Virus record (IMG/VR): IMGVR_UViG_3300046517_002304
Location: 447,234-511,233 of that record
DNA length: 64,000 nucleotides
Strand: one strand, 5' to 3'
Part shown: in pieces, positions 10,797-20,493 of the stretch
Layout of the letters: every line of letters starts with the position of its first letter
Position numbering within the stretch: position 1 is the first letter of the stretch
Position numbers and translations under genes: made by a program
Notes under the pieces: generated by a model
Database searches by the model: none
Seen by the model: the letters and a program-made list of their open reading frames with translations, nothing else
What the model was told of the DNA's origin: nothing

Positions 10797-11840
10797 TTAA
10801 ATTAAATCTCCAAGAGTCTTTTTTGCCTCGTCAATTAATGACAAATTAGTTGAGTACTTCAAAATTCTTCTTAGAAACCATATCTTCGTAGCCCGAAGAT
10901 GTTTACTTAGTATATAAAACTGATCACTTCCTTGCAACCCCAATATTTCAAGGGTTTTAGTCAAATTTGCCGGAGACACATCTAATTTGTCTGCCACCTC
11001 CTTGTATTCAGGCGCATACTTTTTAAATCGCTCCATAGATGCCGCTAATAATTCTGTATCATCATAATCATAGCCATATTTCGTAATGTCCGGTCTCTTT
11101 TTCTCATTATTCTTAACCTCTGCCCGCTTAGAAATTGCAACAAAGTTAATAAACAAACGAATCCAGTGCTTTACCGTATAATGGTTAAGCGTACTCTCTG
11201 GCAAACGCAATTCTACAGTCCTAATATCACCACCCTGAACGTAATTGCAGAAATTCAACGAAACCCTTCTATCATGTTCGGCGGCTGTGTGTGTCCCCAA
11301 TCTACTTTGTAATTCTGTGCTTGATAAGTAATCTAGTTTGCCAAGTTTAATTTTTTTACGCATTGACACACAATATATGTTTTCTCTGCGATGTTCAGGA
11401 ACTGCCTCATAAACTATCGGCTCAATCCTCAGCCAATTAGCCAAAAGTTGCGTTGCCATTTTAAATGAATAATCACGAATATCTGCATGAATATGAAGTC
11501 CACAATTTTTATTAACCTGAGCGCCAGCTACTCTCAAGGCATTTACAGCGCGACCCACTGCACATAAGTCTTTATACCCGCTGGCGACAAATGACGCGAC
11601 TTCAAAACCACCAGTATCTTTTTTATATCCTAAATCTCCACAAGTAGAGTCTGTCTTAACATGCCAATAACTGTTATTTCTTGTGTGGCCCCATCCACTA
11701 ACCACAACCTCACGAACAGGATCAGTCTTTTTGATCGCGTTCTTAATGATTGCTTGGCTAATAGCAGAGTTCATTTCAATTTCAACGCCAAAATGTTTTT
11801 TTGACGTAAAACCGACATAACGAATTTTGGGAGTGGTCAT
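10797..11840 (-). CDS. Putative amidoligase (COOH-NH2 ligase type 2)
   Basis: FGVEIE, WHVKTDST, GFEVAS, VNKNCGLHIH and TVELR motifs. Confidence 0.85.
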   Translation of the reverse strand: MTTPKIRYVGFTSKKHFGVEIEMNSAISQAIIKNAIKKTDPVREVVVSGWGHTRNNSYWHVKTDSTCGDLGYKKDTGGFEVASFVASGYKDLCAVGRAVNALRVAGAQVNKNCGLHIHADIRDYSFKMATQLLANWLRIEPIVYEAVPEHRRENIYCVSMRKKIKLGKLDYLSSTELQSRLGTHTAAEHDRRVSLNFCNYVQGGDIRTVELRLPESTLNHYTVKHWIRLFINFVAISKRAEVKNNEKKRPDITKYGYDYDDTELLAASMERFKKYAPEYKEVADKLDVSPANLTKTLEILGLQGSDQFYILSKHLRATKIWFLRRILKYSTNLSLIDEAKKTLGDLI

Positions 11841-11864
11841 TCAGCACCTAAGGTCCATACGCCA

Positions 11865-11893
11865 ATTCTACCACAATTTCAAAGTACCGCAAG
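11865..11893 (-). promoter_or_regulatory. Sigma70-type promoter with extended -10, upstream of the amidoligase/sigma operon
   Basis: Minus strand TTGCGG-N16-TAGAAT, with TGTGG preceding the -10. Confidence 0.5.
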
Positions 11894-11914
11894 CGGATTT
11901 TTTACTGCAAAAAA

Positions 11915-14900
11915 TCAAGAACAGTCAGAAACCGCAAAAAATTGGGCCGTAACATCAGTCAAGGTATTGCAATTTACGCTTTGCGTTTTGGTAAAATCAC
12001 TAAGAAAAACAGGGTTGCTGTACATTTTTACGCTTGCGATGTTCGTTATTATACCAGCTTTTTTCAACTTTGAACAGACCTCTTCCAAAGAACGCGCCGG
12101 AATTGTCATGACTTGACGAGACAAGCAGGATGCAGTGCTGTCACTAAGCGGAGGGCATGTTTGAGTAGAACAATTTGTTTCCACAGTATAAAACATCATT
12201 GACCCTTGCCCAATGCTCCATGACAAAACAAGCGTCGTAGAAAGATTGGCGTTCACATTCCAGCTTATTGGAAGACTGATAACATACGTAACTTGTCCGC
12301 CGGTAGATCCGCCACCGAATATTAGGCCGCCGGTTCCAGTATATGAATGTGATAAAACAATACAATCGGCTTGTCCACCGAAGATAAGACCGCCAGTACC
12401 AAAATATATCCTTGTCTCAACATCAGCATCAGCGCTACCACTAAATATCAATCCGCCTGTTCCGATGTAAGAAAGTTGGAAGCTGGCATCACTACTACCA
12501 CTAAATATCAATCCGCCAGATGTGTTGATCCACGTAAGAATATGGTTCACTATTCCTGTACCGCCCAGCATAAGACCGCCAGAGCCGTCTACAACAAAGT
12601 TAGGAATATAATACCCTGATGGGAAAGACGCATGATAATCAAATGCAATTTCATCGGGATCTGAATAATCACTATAAACTATGACTTCATCAATTAAATT
12701 ATTAAACCGATTTCCGCTGCCTGTTGACGGACCATCAATATACCTTGTGCCATTATTCTTAGCACCAATACTAATCGCATCGTGCGACCCAACATTATCT
12801 GCAAGACCGCCATGAATGCCAAATAAAACGCCGTTCAAATACCCGGCGATAACATGTCCGGCAGCGTGGAACGATAATGCAGCATGATATCTTTGATGTG
12901 ATTGTAAAATTGGGGAACTAAAGACATAGTGGAATCCCCAAGCCGGACTGCCGGAATCAGCCGTCATGTTCCAAACAATCATGACAATTACATAAGAATC
13001 TAAATATATCCCAAACCCGCGAGTAATATCACCTTCTTCATAAAGAGTTCGGCGAGTAACAACATCGGCGCCGGTCCTAAACCAAAGTTCGATAGTTCTC
13101 TGAGTATATGGAGTACTGCTATTTATCGCGACATTATCCGGCGATAAAAGATAACTACTAGTTCCACCAAACAGAACAGAAGCATTACTAGGATCAGACA
13201 AAATTAAACTTGTCTGATTTAAAGTAAAGTCACCATGGTAAGTCCCATTCATCGCAGAACCAAGCGAGCCTGAGTTTACCGCAGTTGTCCCAGATGGATC
13301 GTCCAACCTATACCACACTAACGGATTTCTTGACGTAATAGCATTAGCAAATGACGGAAACGTGTTAAAGAATATCCCGCCAGATGGATAAAAATTCATT
13401 ACGGGATAAGAATGAGCGCTGCCCCCAAAATTTAAACCACCACTGCCAAAAAATGGCGTAATAACAAATCCGTTTGCGCCTATAAATGAATTGGCTCTTA
13501 TGGCACACGTAGCAATGTGATTTACCATCGGCATCGCACCAATACTGGCTACACAAAGTAATGGAGCTGCGGCAGGACCATAAACAAAACTAAAATTTAT
13601 CGGTTTGCTAGTTCTATTTATTAAATTAGGATATGACGCCAAGCTATTTGTATAGCTGGCAAGTACCGTGTTCGCTGGTAAAGCACGATTATAAATCCTA
13701 ACATCATCTAAGTACCCTGTAACAAATGATGTGATCTGGTTATAAGATCCGATAACCAAAGGTTGCCCGGAGTCAGATCCATGTGTACCAGTCCCGTCTG
13801 TCGCCCCGGAATAAGATACTTCCACACCATTATAATAAACATGAATATTAGATGCTGCGCTTCCCCCGCGCCATGTAACCACAACATGAGTCCAAGATCC
13901 AAACGGTGGAGGTGCACAACTTCTGGTGCAGTCTGTTCCATTAAATACAACAGCAACAAGTAGAGACGGAATGTTTACTTGGATGTATAGACCAGCGCTA
14001 GCGTTATTGTCGGTCTTATAAATAACCGTACCACTAGAAACTCCCATTATCCAAAAACTAACAGTAAATGGCCCAGTACCGATTAATTCATTGGGTGGAC
14101 CAACTGCCCCCTGTGATGCTCCTCCGAAAAATAAAATGCTACCAAAGCCACCCTTGCGGGATGTGGGGCGATACCCCCCAAGAAAACGTTGTTGCAGATT
14201 TGCAAATAATGCATGATGCTTGCCGACTATATCATACCAATATAAGCCTTGGCTGGTTACCGGCGATGCCAAATACCACGCAGTCAGCCCCTGCGCTAAC
14301 GGATGTTTAAAGTTAACTTGTCTGGCAAAGTTAGTGTTGTTAATCGTAATAGGAAAAGTGCGACTGGCGTTTTGCGCAAACCCGGCTCTTTGTAGAGTAT
14401 TGCCGCCTTCTACATGATCTACTCTTGCATTTAAAATAGCAGATGAACTATTGGCTACTCTGCATATCTGGCCCTCAATTATTACACAATCGCCTCTGCA
14501 TACAATATGAGTAGTTGCTATATGGGCCACTCTGGCGTTGGGCGTAGCGATATTAGAGACAACCGTTAAGTGAGCAGTGCCAACACGTTGACCGGGACTG
14601 AATGCTATAATTGTGGAATTACATATTACGGCACAGGCGCTCTTAATAGTATTCTTGGCCCGGGGATTTAGGCTAACGCTATTTAATACTACACATGTTG
14701 CTACGTGAGCCACTTTAGATCCAGCAGTGCCAATACTTGACGAACAAATAATAGATGTATTGTTGTTAGATGCTACGTGTCCGCTAGCCCCAATGAATGA
14801 ATTACAAACTATCGTCCAATTACCGGGGGCAACTATAGTATTAAAATTTATATATTTATTAGCCCTATTGATAAGTCCAGGGTATGATGTAATGCTATTC

Positions 14901-16852
14901 TGGTAAAGTAAGTTGGTTTCGCCACGAGATAGTTCTCGGTTATAGATCCTAATGTCGTCCATATAACCAGTTAAATTCTGAGTTGACTGGTTATACGAAC
15001 CTATAACTAACGGAGATCCAGCATCAGTTAATCGCGTTCCGTTTCCATCAGATGTAGTTTGATATGCTTGTTCTACACCATTATAATAAATGTGAATGCC
15101 AGAAGCTAAACTAGACCCATTCCATGTTAAAGTTATATGTACCCAAGCATTAACTGGAGGTACTGGAGAAGACCTGATACAATCATTGTTTTGAAAAGTA
15201 ATATTCAGCGCAAGTCCGCCGCTATTATAATCTATAAACCATCCCGATTGAACATCATTATCTGTTTTATACAAAAGAGTTGTGGCGGTTGATATTGAAA
15301 TATACGTCCAAAAACTAACCGTGAACGCACCGGTACCAGTTAAAGCAGTTCTAGGGCCAAGTATATAAGATGTTCTGCTGCCCGTAAAATGAAAACTACC
15401 AAAACCACCTCTGTGACTAAGGACATTAAATCCATCGCCTTGGGCAGCAAACATATTTGTCAACACACCATTATTACTGCGCGTAGTCAAATCATATACT
15501 ATGGTAGATCGACTCTTCTGCGGTAGAGCCATATACCACAAAACTAATCCCTTAGACAAACAATTACCGCTATTAACCGGATAGCTAAAATTAATATTAT
15601 TAGAATCAGTCGGAAAACTCTTTCTATACTTTTGAACAAACCCAGCATTTTGCGTAACTATTCTAAGTCCAGAAAAATGAGACACCCTACAATTAGGTGT
15701 AGATATACTGGAATTACAAATAACAGCGACGGAATCAATGTGGGCTACTTTAGCGCTAGCCCCAATGTTACTATTACATTTTACTGCACAAGTCGCAACA
15801 TGTGTAACTCTACAATTAGGCGTCGTAATGCTAGAGCTACACTTAACATCACAAATACCAAAAACAAAGTTTTGTAATGCAAAGTAAGGTATAAGAGAAG
15901 GCTGAGAATAAAGTTCGTCAGGGTACCGCCAAAGTTCAAAAACCTGTCCTGCCGTAAAAGGTTCGGCGTAAAGACGGAAGTCACGTATCGGTCCTACGAA
16001 GTCATGGCTTGCACTAGCTCCGCTAGTGGCAACCTGCCCACCGATGGTAATAGCCTGATTAGCACAAGATAATACTCCAGCAGCGTTTGCGCTGCTGGAG
16101 TTACTCGTAGCAATTAATTGTCCATTAATATAAAAAGACTGAGGTCGTGGTGATGGAAATCCTGTAAACTTACTTACAACACAAGCATGTATCCATTCGC
16201 CAGGATTATCATCAATCCTAATAACAAAGTCATTACCGGCATAAATGTTATCGATCCAGTGTAATTCACGAGTATGAGGATCGTACCAGAGGTACCATCC
16301 TTGAATTGTCGCTGGCCCACTATCATGAGGAACATGATTGCCAACAATAACATAGGTAAAACCAATAGAAGCTTGGTCCGGCGGTATCATAAACCAAATT
16401 GACATTGTCCAGCCGACTGATTCTGAATTTACAATTTGCGGAATAGAGCACTGGGTAGGTACAGTAATATAATTACTGACGGCGGTCATATTAAACACCA
16501 TACCGAAATATGTGTCATATATCCACTGACCAGTTAGATGACCTGTCAACGAGCCGTTAAAGTGGTTTGGTCCTACGTCCCTAACTGGCCAGCCGCCGGA
16601 AGTGCTGGTCCCGTTGGAATCTCCAGAACCATCGTTCAACGGCATGGCCAACACAAGTGTTGGCGTGAACTGTGAACTACCTTCGTTAATGCCAGGACAC
16701 CAGCGTCCTCCCCACTCTACGTTTGTAATACAAGGACGAACATCGGGGACTGAGCCAGAGAACGACTGGATAGAAACTAGCTGACCGTCCGTACTGGCCG
16801 TGAAAGTAGGATTAATAGTAGAAAATGTGGGCAAAGTACGGACTAGGGCCAT
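11915..16852 (-). CDS. Large virion protein with four LamG/ConA-like lectin domains and beta-repeats (tail fibre/adhesin-like)
   Basis: Repeated FTVSFW...W.H....W......Y.NG...G.DD.RIYNR LamG signatures; YxGxGGLIFxG repeats; TAAATA motif upstream. Confidence 0.85.
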   Translation of the reverse strand: MALVRTLPTFSTINPTFTASTDGQLVSIQSFSGSVPDVRPCITNVEWGGRWCPGINEGSSQFTPTLVLAMPLNDGSGDSNGTSTSGGWPVRDVGPNHFNGSLTGHLTGQWIYDTYFGMVFNMTAVSNYITVPTQCSIPQIVNSESVGWTMSIWFMIPPDQASIGFTYVIVGNHVPHDSGPATIQGWYLWYDPHTRELHWIDNIYAGNDFVIRIDDNPGEWIHACVVSKFTGFPSPRPQSFYINGQLIATSNSSSANAAGVLSCANQAITIGGQVATSGASASHDFVGPIRDFRLYAEPFTAGQVFELWRYPDELYSQPSLIPYFALQNFVFGICDVKCSSSITTPNCRVTHVATCAVKCNSNIGASAKVAHIDSVAVICNSSISTPNCRVSHFSGLRIVTQNAGFVQKYRKSFPTDSNNINFSYPVNSGNCLSKGLVLWYMALPQKSRSTIVYDLTTRSNNGVLTNMFAAQGDGFNVLSHRGGFGSFHFTGSRTSYILGPRTALTGTGAFTVSFWTYISISTATTLLYKTDNDVQSGWFIDYNSGGLALNITFQNNDCIRSSPVPPVNAWVHITLTWNGSSLASGIHIYYNGVEQAYQTTSDGNGTRLTDAGSPLVIGSYNQSTQNLTGYMDDIRIYNRELSRGETNLLYQNSITSYPGLINRANKYINFNTIVAPGNWTIVCNSFIGASGHVASNNNTSIICSSSIGTAGSKVAHVATCVVLNSVSLNPRAKNTIKSACAVICNSTIIAFSPGQRVGTAHLTVVSNIATPNARVAHIATTHIVCRGDCVIIEGQICRVANSSSAILNARVDHVEGGNTLQRAGFAQNASRTFPITINNTNFARQVNFKHPLAQGLTAWYLASPVTSQGLYWYDIVGKHHALFANLQQRFLGGYRPTSRKGGFGSILFFGGASQGAVGPPNELIGTGPFTVSFWIMGVSSGTVIYKTDNNASAGLYIQVNIPSLLVAVVFNGTDCTRSCAPPPFGSWTHVVVTWRGGSAASNIHVYYNGVEVSYSGATDGTGTHGSDSGQPLVIGSYNQITSFVTGYLDDVRIYNRALPANTVLASYTNSLASYPNLINRTSKPINFSFVYGPAAAPLLCVASIGAMPMVNHIATCAIRANSFIGANGFVITPFFGSGGLNFGGSAHSYPVMNFYPSGGIFFNTFPSFANAITSRNPLVWYRLDDPSGTTAVNSGSLGSAMNGTYHGDFTLNQTSLILSDPSNASVLFGGTSSYLLSPDNVAINSSTPYTQRTIELWFRTGADVVTRRTLYEEGDITRGFGIYLDSYVIVMIVWNMTADSGSPAWGFHYVFSSPILQSHQRYHAALSFHAAGHVIAGYLNGVLFGIHGGLADNVGSHDAISIGAKNNGTRYIDGPSTGSGNRFNNLIDEVIVYSDYSDPDEIAFDYHASFPSGYYIPNFVVDGSGGLMLGGTGIVNHILTWINTSGGLIFSGSSDASFQLSYIGTGGLIFSGSADADVETRIYFGTGGLIFGGQADCIVLSHSYTGTGGLIFGGGSTGGQVTYVISLPISWNVNANLSTTLVLSWSIGQGSMMFYTVETNCSTQTCPPLSDSTASCLSRQVMTIPARSLEEVCSKLKKAGIITNIASVKMYSNPVFLSDFTKTQSVNCNTLTDVTAQFFAVSDCS

Positions 16853-16880
16853 ATATTATTTAGAGAATCTCAACTATATT

Positions 16881-17732
16881 ATGGGCATGCCGCCAGATAT
16901 AGCTCCAATAAGAAATAAAACAGCAAAAGATAAACCATGGGAAGGCAATATAAGTAAGAAACCATGGGATTATCAGGTGAGCGCCACGATAGCAGTATTA
17001 GACGCTGTAGAGCCACTAAAACTCGCCGTCCAGTTACTACAACTACAAACAATCAAGCCTTATATCATTTTAGTAGATACTGGGAGTACGCCAGAAAACT
17101 ACAAGGAAATAGAACAACTAAGATCTGAAAACATAGAAGTCCATTCTTTAAAACTAAATGCAGTAGAGCACCCCTCAGACTTTGTGGCGATGGCATGTGA
17201 TTTAGCCGGGTCGGTATGTAGAACAAAGTATATGCTATGGACACATGCCGATTGTTTCTTAACACGAAGAGATGTAATAGAAGAATTACTTGAATTATGC
17301 GACACAGAAAATCCGGTTGTCGGCTACCGATTATCGCCTAGAGCACACGACAACTGGAAAGATATGTTCGGCCATACGCTGACTATGACTGAAATGAGCA
17401 AGTACTTAGAATACAGAATAATGTGGAATTTAAAACAATTCTGTAATTTTTATGGCTTCCCAAATCACAAGCCAGATGAATCGCGGCCCAATTTACCAGA
17501 CACAGAATATTTTGCTAATTTAATATACCAAGACTGTGGGGTTAAAGCCACACTAATCGGCGACGAAGAAAACTTCAAGAGAAATATAACAGATCATTTT
17601 GACCATTGTAGATCTTTTGCATCAGGCATGCTGTACGCGCCGGAATACTATAAAATATGCCAAACATGGATGAATGATGCCATGAAAGATGCGAGAGCTA
17701 GAATTAAAGAGTGGGGAAAAGATGGATTGTAG
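16881..17732 (+). CDS. GT2-like glycosyltransferase
   Basis: ILVDTGS, WTHADCF. Start moved from 16800 (which overlaps the divergent gene) to ATG 16881 or 16887. Confidence 0.7.
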   Translation: MGMPPDIAPIRNKTAKDKPWEGNISKKPWDYQVSATIAVLDAVEPLKLAVQLLQLQTIKPYIILVDTGSTPENYKEIEQLRSENIEVHSLKLNAVEHPSDFVAMACDLAGSVCRTKYMLWTHADCFLTRRDVIEELLELCDTENPVVGYRLSPRAHDNWKDMFGHTLTMTEMSKYLEYRIMWNLKQFCNFYGFPNHKPDESRPNLPDTEYFANLIYQDCGVKATLIGDEENFKRNITDHFDHCRSFASGMLYAPEYYKICQTWMNDAMKDARARIKEWGKDGL

Positions 17733-17748
17733 AATGTTTTAGTATATT

Positions 17749-18432
17749 CTACATCTCTAATCTTGTTAATATTCTACTGATAATTTCATGACGAACAATA
17801 TCTTCTGGTCCAAGTCTGATAACGCTTATTAAATCTAGGCCCTCTAATTTAGATGCCAATGATTCTAAAGCGCCCTGTTTAAATTTAGGAAGATCAGACT
17901 GGACCGTGTCTCCAGTAATCACCATCTTAGAACCCTCGCCGAACCGAGTTAACAACATTTTAATCTGTTCAAGTGTAGCATTCTGGCATTCATCCGCGAT
18001 AATAAATGCATTTTTAAATGTACGACCACGCATATAATTAAGAGGCAATATTTCAATCTGCTCTATTTCAGAAACATCACGCCTTGACGAGTTTTTAATT
18101 TCATCAAATAATGGGTGCATATAAGGCTCTATTTTTTCCAGGGCTGACCCAGGAAGATATCCGAGACTTCCGCCGGCTTCAACAACTGGCCTTGTCAATA
18201 TAATTTTATCAACAAACTTATTGTGAAGATGCTCGGCGGCCGTCGCGGCTGCAATAAAAGTTTTGCCGGTTCCAGCACCACCAAGAACAAATGTAATTAA
18301 ATTAGCGTTAATAGCATCAATTAATAAAGCTTGATTTTTAGTCCTAGGAATTAATTTTCTAGGAGGCAAAGGCTGATTTTCAGGTTTCCCTTTCCCCGAC
18401 GACGCTTTTGCACGTTTGCGATTTGCCATCAA
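17749..18432 (-). CDS. phoH: PhoH-family ATPase
   Basis: GGAGTGKT Walker A, LTRPVVE, LGYLPG, YMRGRTF, DECQN, GDTVQSD. Confidence 0.97.
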   Translation of the reverse strand: MMANRKRAKASSGKGKPENQPLPPRKLIPRTKNQALLIDAINANLITFVLGGAGTGKTFIAAATAAEHLHNKFVDKIILTRPVVEAGGSLGYLPGSALEKIEPYMHPLFDEIKNSSRRDVSEIEQIEILPLNYMRGRTFKNAFIIADECQNATLEQIKMLLTRFGEGSKMVITGDTVQSDLPKFKQGALESLASKLEGLDLISVIRLGPEDIVRHEIISRILTRLEM

Positions 18433-18455
18433 GTATATTTATCGTTATCAATATC

Positions 18456-18489
18456 AAAAAAAAATAGCCGTCATTTGACGGCTATTTTT
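18456..18489. terminator. Bidirectional intrinsic terminator
   Basis: AAAAATAGCCGTCA-TT-TGACGGCTATTTTT perfect stem with A/T tracts on both sides. Confidence 0.9.
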
Positions 18490-18735
18490 AGCGAAAGACT
18501 TCGTAAACTTAAGCCGTTAGGCTTGCGGAAGAGAAGAATCACATAATATTGGATTCCTAGAATGAAATAAAACTTTGCGAAGATTTAACCTGTGATGAAT
18601 CAAATCTAGTTTTAGATCATTCCGAAAGGCAATAAAGCATACGCTAAAAACAATTTAATCAAAATCCTACCGCAACTATCTTGCTCTTTAACGTAAGCAA
18701 ACTTCCCAACAACAACGATTGGTCTCGCTTATTAA
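18456..18735 (-). ncRNA. Candidate structured non-coding RNA (~270 nt), family unknown
   Basis: No meaningful minus-strand ORF; promoter directly upstream, terminator downstream; 5'/3' ends pair and several nested helices are visible. Confidence 0.6.
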
Positions 18736-18741
18736 TTGTGT

Positions 18742-18769
18742 ATTTTACCAGAAAAATCAATAATGTCAA
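18742..18769 (-). promoter_or_regulatory. Sigma70 promoter for the ncRNA candidate
   Basis: TTGACA-N16-TAAAAT with extended -10 TG. Confidence 0.7.
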
Positions 18770-19521
18770 GACGACTTTACCAAAGACGATATCTCTGGCA
18801 TTTTACGCATCTGAGCAGGAATTTCTAGTGCGGCTTGCTCAGCAAATCTTTCATACAAAGAAACATCTAGTCCCGAAATATGATAATGATGAACAATGGA
18901 TGCTTTCACGGCACGCGGCTTATACCCCTTACCCGTCGCAGAAAGAGTGAATAAGAAAGATGCTCCAATGTGTGGTAGCGCTTCATTGAACGGCCCAACC
19001 TCGTCCCAGCACTTCCTGGTGACCATCAGGCACCAATCCTGCAAATAGTCAATCTTCTGATCCTGCATTACATAATGATGCATCTGTGTTCCTACAATAC
19101 CAGAATCCGATGAATCAGATACGCCAATCAATAAATCAAGCCAAGCAGGATTGAGAACGCTAGTATCGGCATGCATAAAAACTAAATACGCCGAATTCTT
19201 ATCCGCTGCTTTTGCGCCTTGATTAGCAGCTTTGGTCCAGTAAAGGTTCTTCTCATTTCTGATTATCTTAATTCTACCATCATCTAATGTATCAAGGTAA
19301 TCCTTAGAATCTTTGCTGGTTGACCCATTATCTACGACAATAATTTCATAATTATTATTCACGCTACAAATAGAAATCGTTTGTAGGCACACACTAAGAT
19401 ACTCAGGCTTATCATTATGAACTACGATAATAGAAACTTGCTCGTCGGTTGCATCGCCAGTTAAATCAATTACTAAATCAGGTCTAGCACCTTCAAGTGG
19501 GTTATGTGGTTTATTTGCCAT
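18766..19521 (-). CDS. GT2 glycosyltransferase
   Basis: VSIIVV...YEIIVVDNGS, IRNEKNLYWTKAANQG, FMHAD. Confidence 0.9.
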   Translation of the reverse strand: MANKPHNPLEGARPDLVIDLTGDATDEQVSIIVVHNDKPEYLSVCLQTISICSVNNNYEIIVVDNGSTSKDSKDYLDTLDDGRIKIIRNEKNLYWTKAANQGAKAADKNSAYLVFMHADTSVLNPAWLDLLIGVSDSSDSGIVGTQMHHYVMQDQKIDYLQDWCLMVTRKCWDEVGPFNEALPHIGASFLFTLSATGKGYKPRAVKASIVHHYHISGLDVSLYERFAEQAALEIPAQMRKMPEISSLVKSS

Positions 19522-19551
19522 TTTTATAACATTCCTTCAAAACTATTATAG

Positions 19552-19761
19552 TCAATCAATCTCTATTTTGTATACTCCCACTTCACAAGCACAAGAAATA
19601 GAACCGGCACCAGGCACATCTATCTTTTGTCTCGGATTAACTGCAAGAGCCTTGGCATATTCTTCTGCCTTAGCCTTATCCGAAAAGCCTTTTTCTGACT
19701 TAATAAAAATCATTTCACCATACTCTTGGCGAGCTACCGTCATCACTACCCATGCCGTCAT
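19552..19761 (-). CDS. Small hypothetical protein
   Basis: AGGAG RBS, ATGA coupling. Confidence 0.65.
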   Translation of the reverse strand: MTAWVVMTVARQEYGEMIFIKSEKGFSDKAKAEEYAKALAVNPRQKIDVPGAGSISCACEVGVYKIEID

Positions 19762-19976
19762 GAATTTTTACTCCTTATATTTTGAATTTTATTATTTAAT
19801 CCTTGCATAAAACCACTCAAAGCACTATCTGGACAAGCGGCCATATCTTTAAACAAAGTATTATATGTCTTTTCGTCTAAATTCAATGATTTCAGATAAG
19901 ATATAGAGCAATCCCTACTTACCCCTATATTTTGAGCATCTATTTGCTGATTATAATTTATGGCAATTCTTGACAT
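19758..19976 (-). CDS. Small hypothetical protein
   Basis: 72-aa ORF coupled to the next gene. Confidence 0.55.
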   Translation of the reverse strand: MSRIAINYNQQIDAQNIGVSRDCSISYLKSLNLDEKTYNTLFKDMAACPDSALSGFMQGLNNKIQNIRSKNS

Positions 19977-19994
19977 TTATCTAAATATAGTAGT

Positions 19995-20276
19995 ATGAAC
20001 TTTTTGGAATTCTTATATCATCATGGATCGGGCGTAAGCCTAGCTCTGCCAACCGATATTATCATCGGCAAAATTACCGGAATATCGTATAAGACTAATC
20101 CTATACAACTAACGGTGCAAAAAAAGGACGGCGGAAGTATTACCGCATCCTTTAAAGACAGATTTGTATATGACTATATGGTCAGAAAGCAAAACCCAGA
20201 AGTGGGCAAAAATATAGAAATGCATCTGGGACCAGATAAAGTAATCAAATCAATAAAGATTACTTCTTCTCGCTAA
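19995..20276 (+). CDS. Small protein with capsid-targeting-like N-terminus
   Basis: MNFLEFL N-terminus; TAAATA at 19982-19987. Confidence 0.6.
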   Translation: MNFLEFLYHHGSGVSLALPTDIIIGKITGISYKTNPIQLTVQKKDGGSITASFKDRFVYDYMVRKQNPEVGKNIEMHLGPDKVIKSIKITSSR

Positions 20277-20493
20277 GAAATTTTTTCCAAGCATCTTGTC
20301 CGGGTCCGTATGGAGAACGATACCCGTCAGACATATGATGAGAGACTCCCTTAATTAATCCATCATGATTAGAGAGCTTGTCTGCCAACTTAGCAACAAC
20401 AAAATCAGACAAAGAAAACTGTGAAAAGCGAACGCAATATAGGATTACGGATAGAACTAAGATAACGGCTATTTTTTTAATCATACTTTTCAT
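20260..20493 (-). CDS. Small membrane-anchored protein
   Basis: N-terminal hydrophobic helix; ATGA overlap with dnaJ. Confidence 0.55.
   Translation of the reverse strand: MKSMIKKIAVILVLSVILYCVRFSQFSLSDFVVAKLADKLSNHDGLIKGVSHHMSDGYRSPYGPGQDAWKKFLSEKK

Noticed and set aside
12290-12590. Repeated 'aatccgcc/agaccgcc' DNA motifs as a non-coding repeat array
   Set aside because: They are the codons for the GGLIF protein repeats of the LamG gene
16800-16880. ORF-track start of the plus-strand GT at 16800
   Set aside because: Overlaps the start of the divergent LamG gene; ATG 16881 or 16887 is more plausible
18456-18735. tRNA, tmRNA or RNase P identity for the intergenic RNA; plus-strand ORF 18681..18950
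   Set aside because: No acceptor stem/T-arm/CCA end or RNase P consensus is visible; the plus-strand ORF is antisense to a GT gene with no RBS
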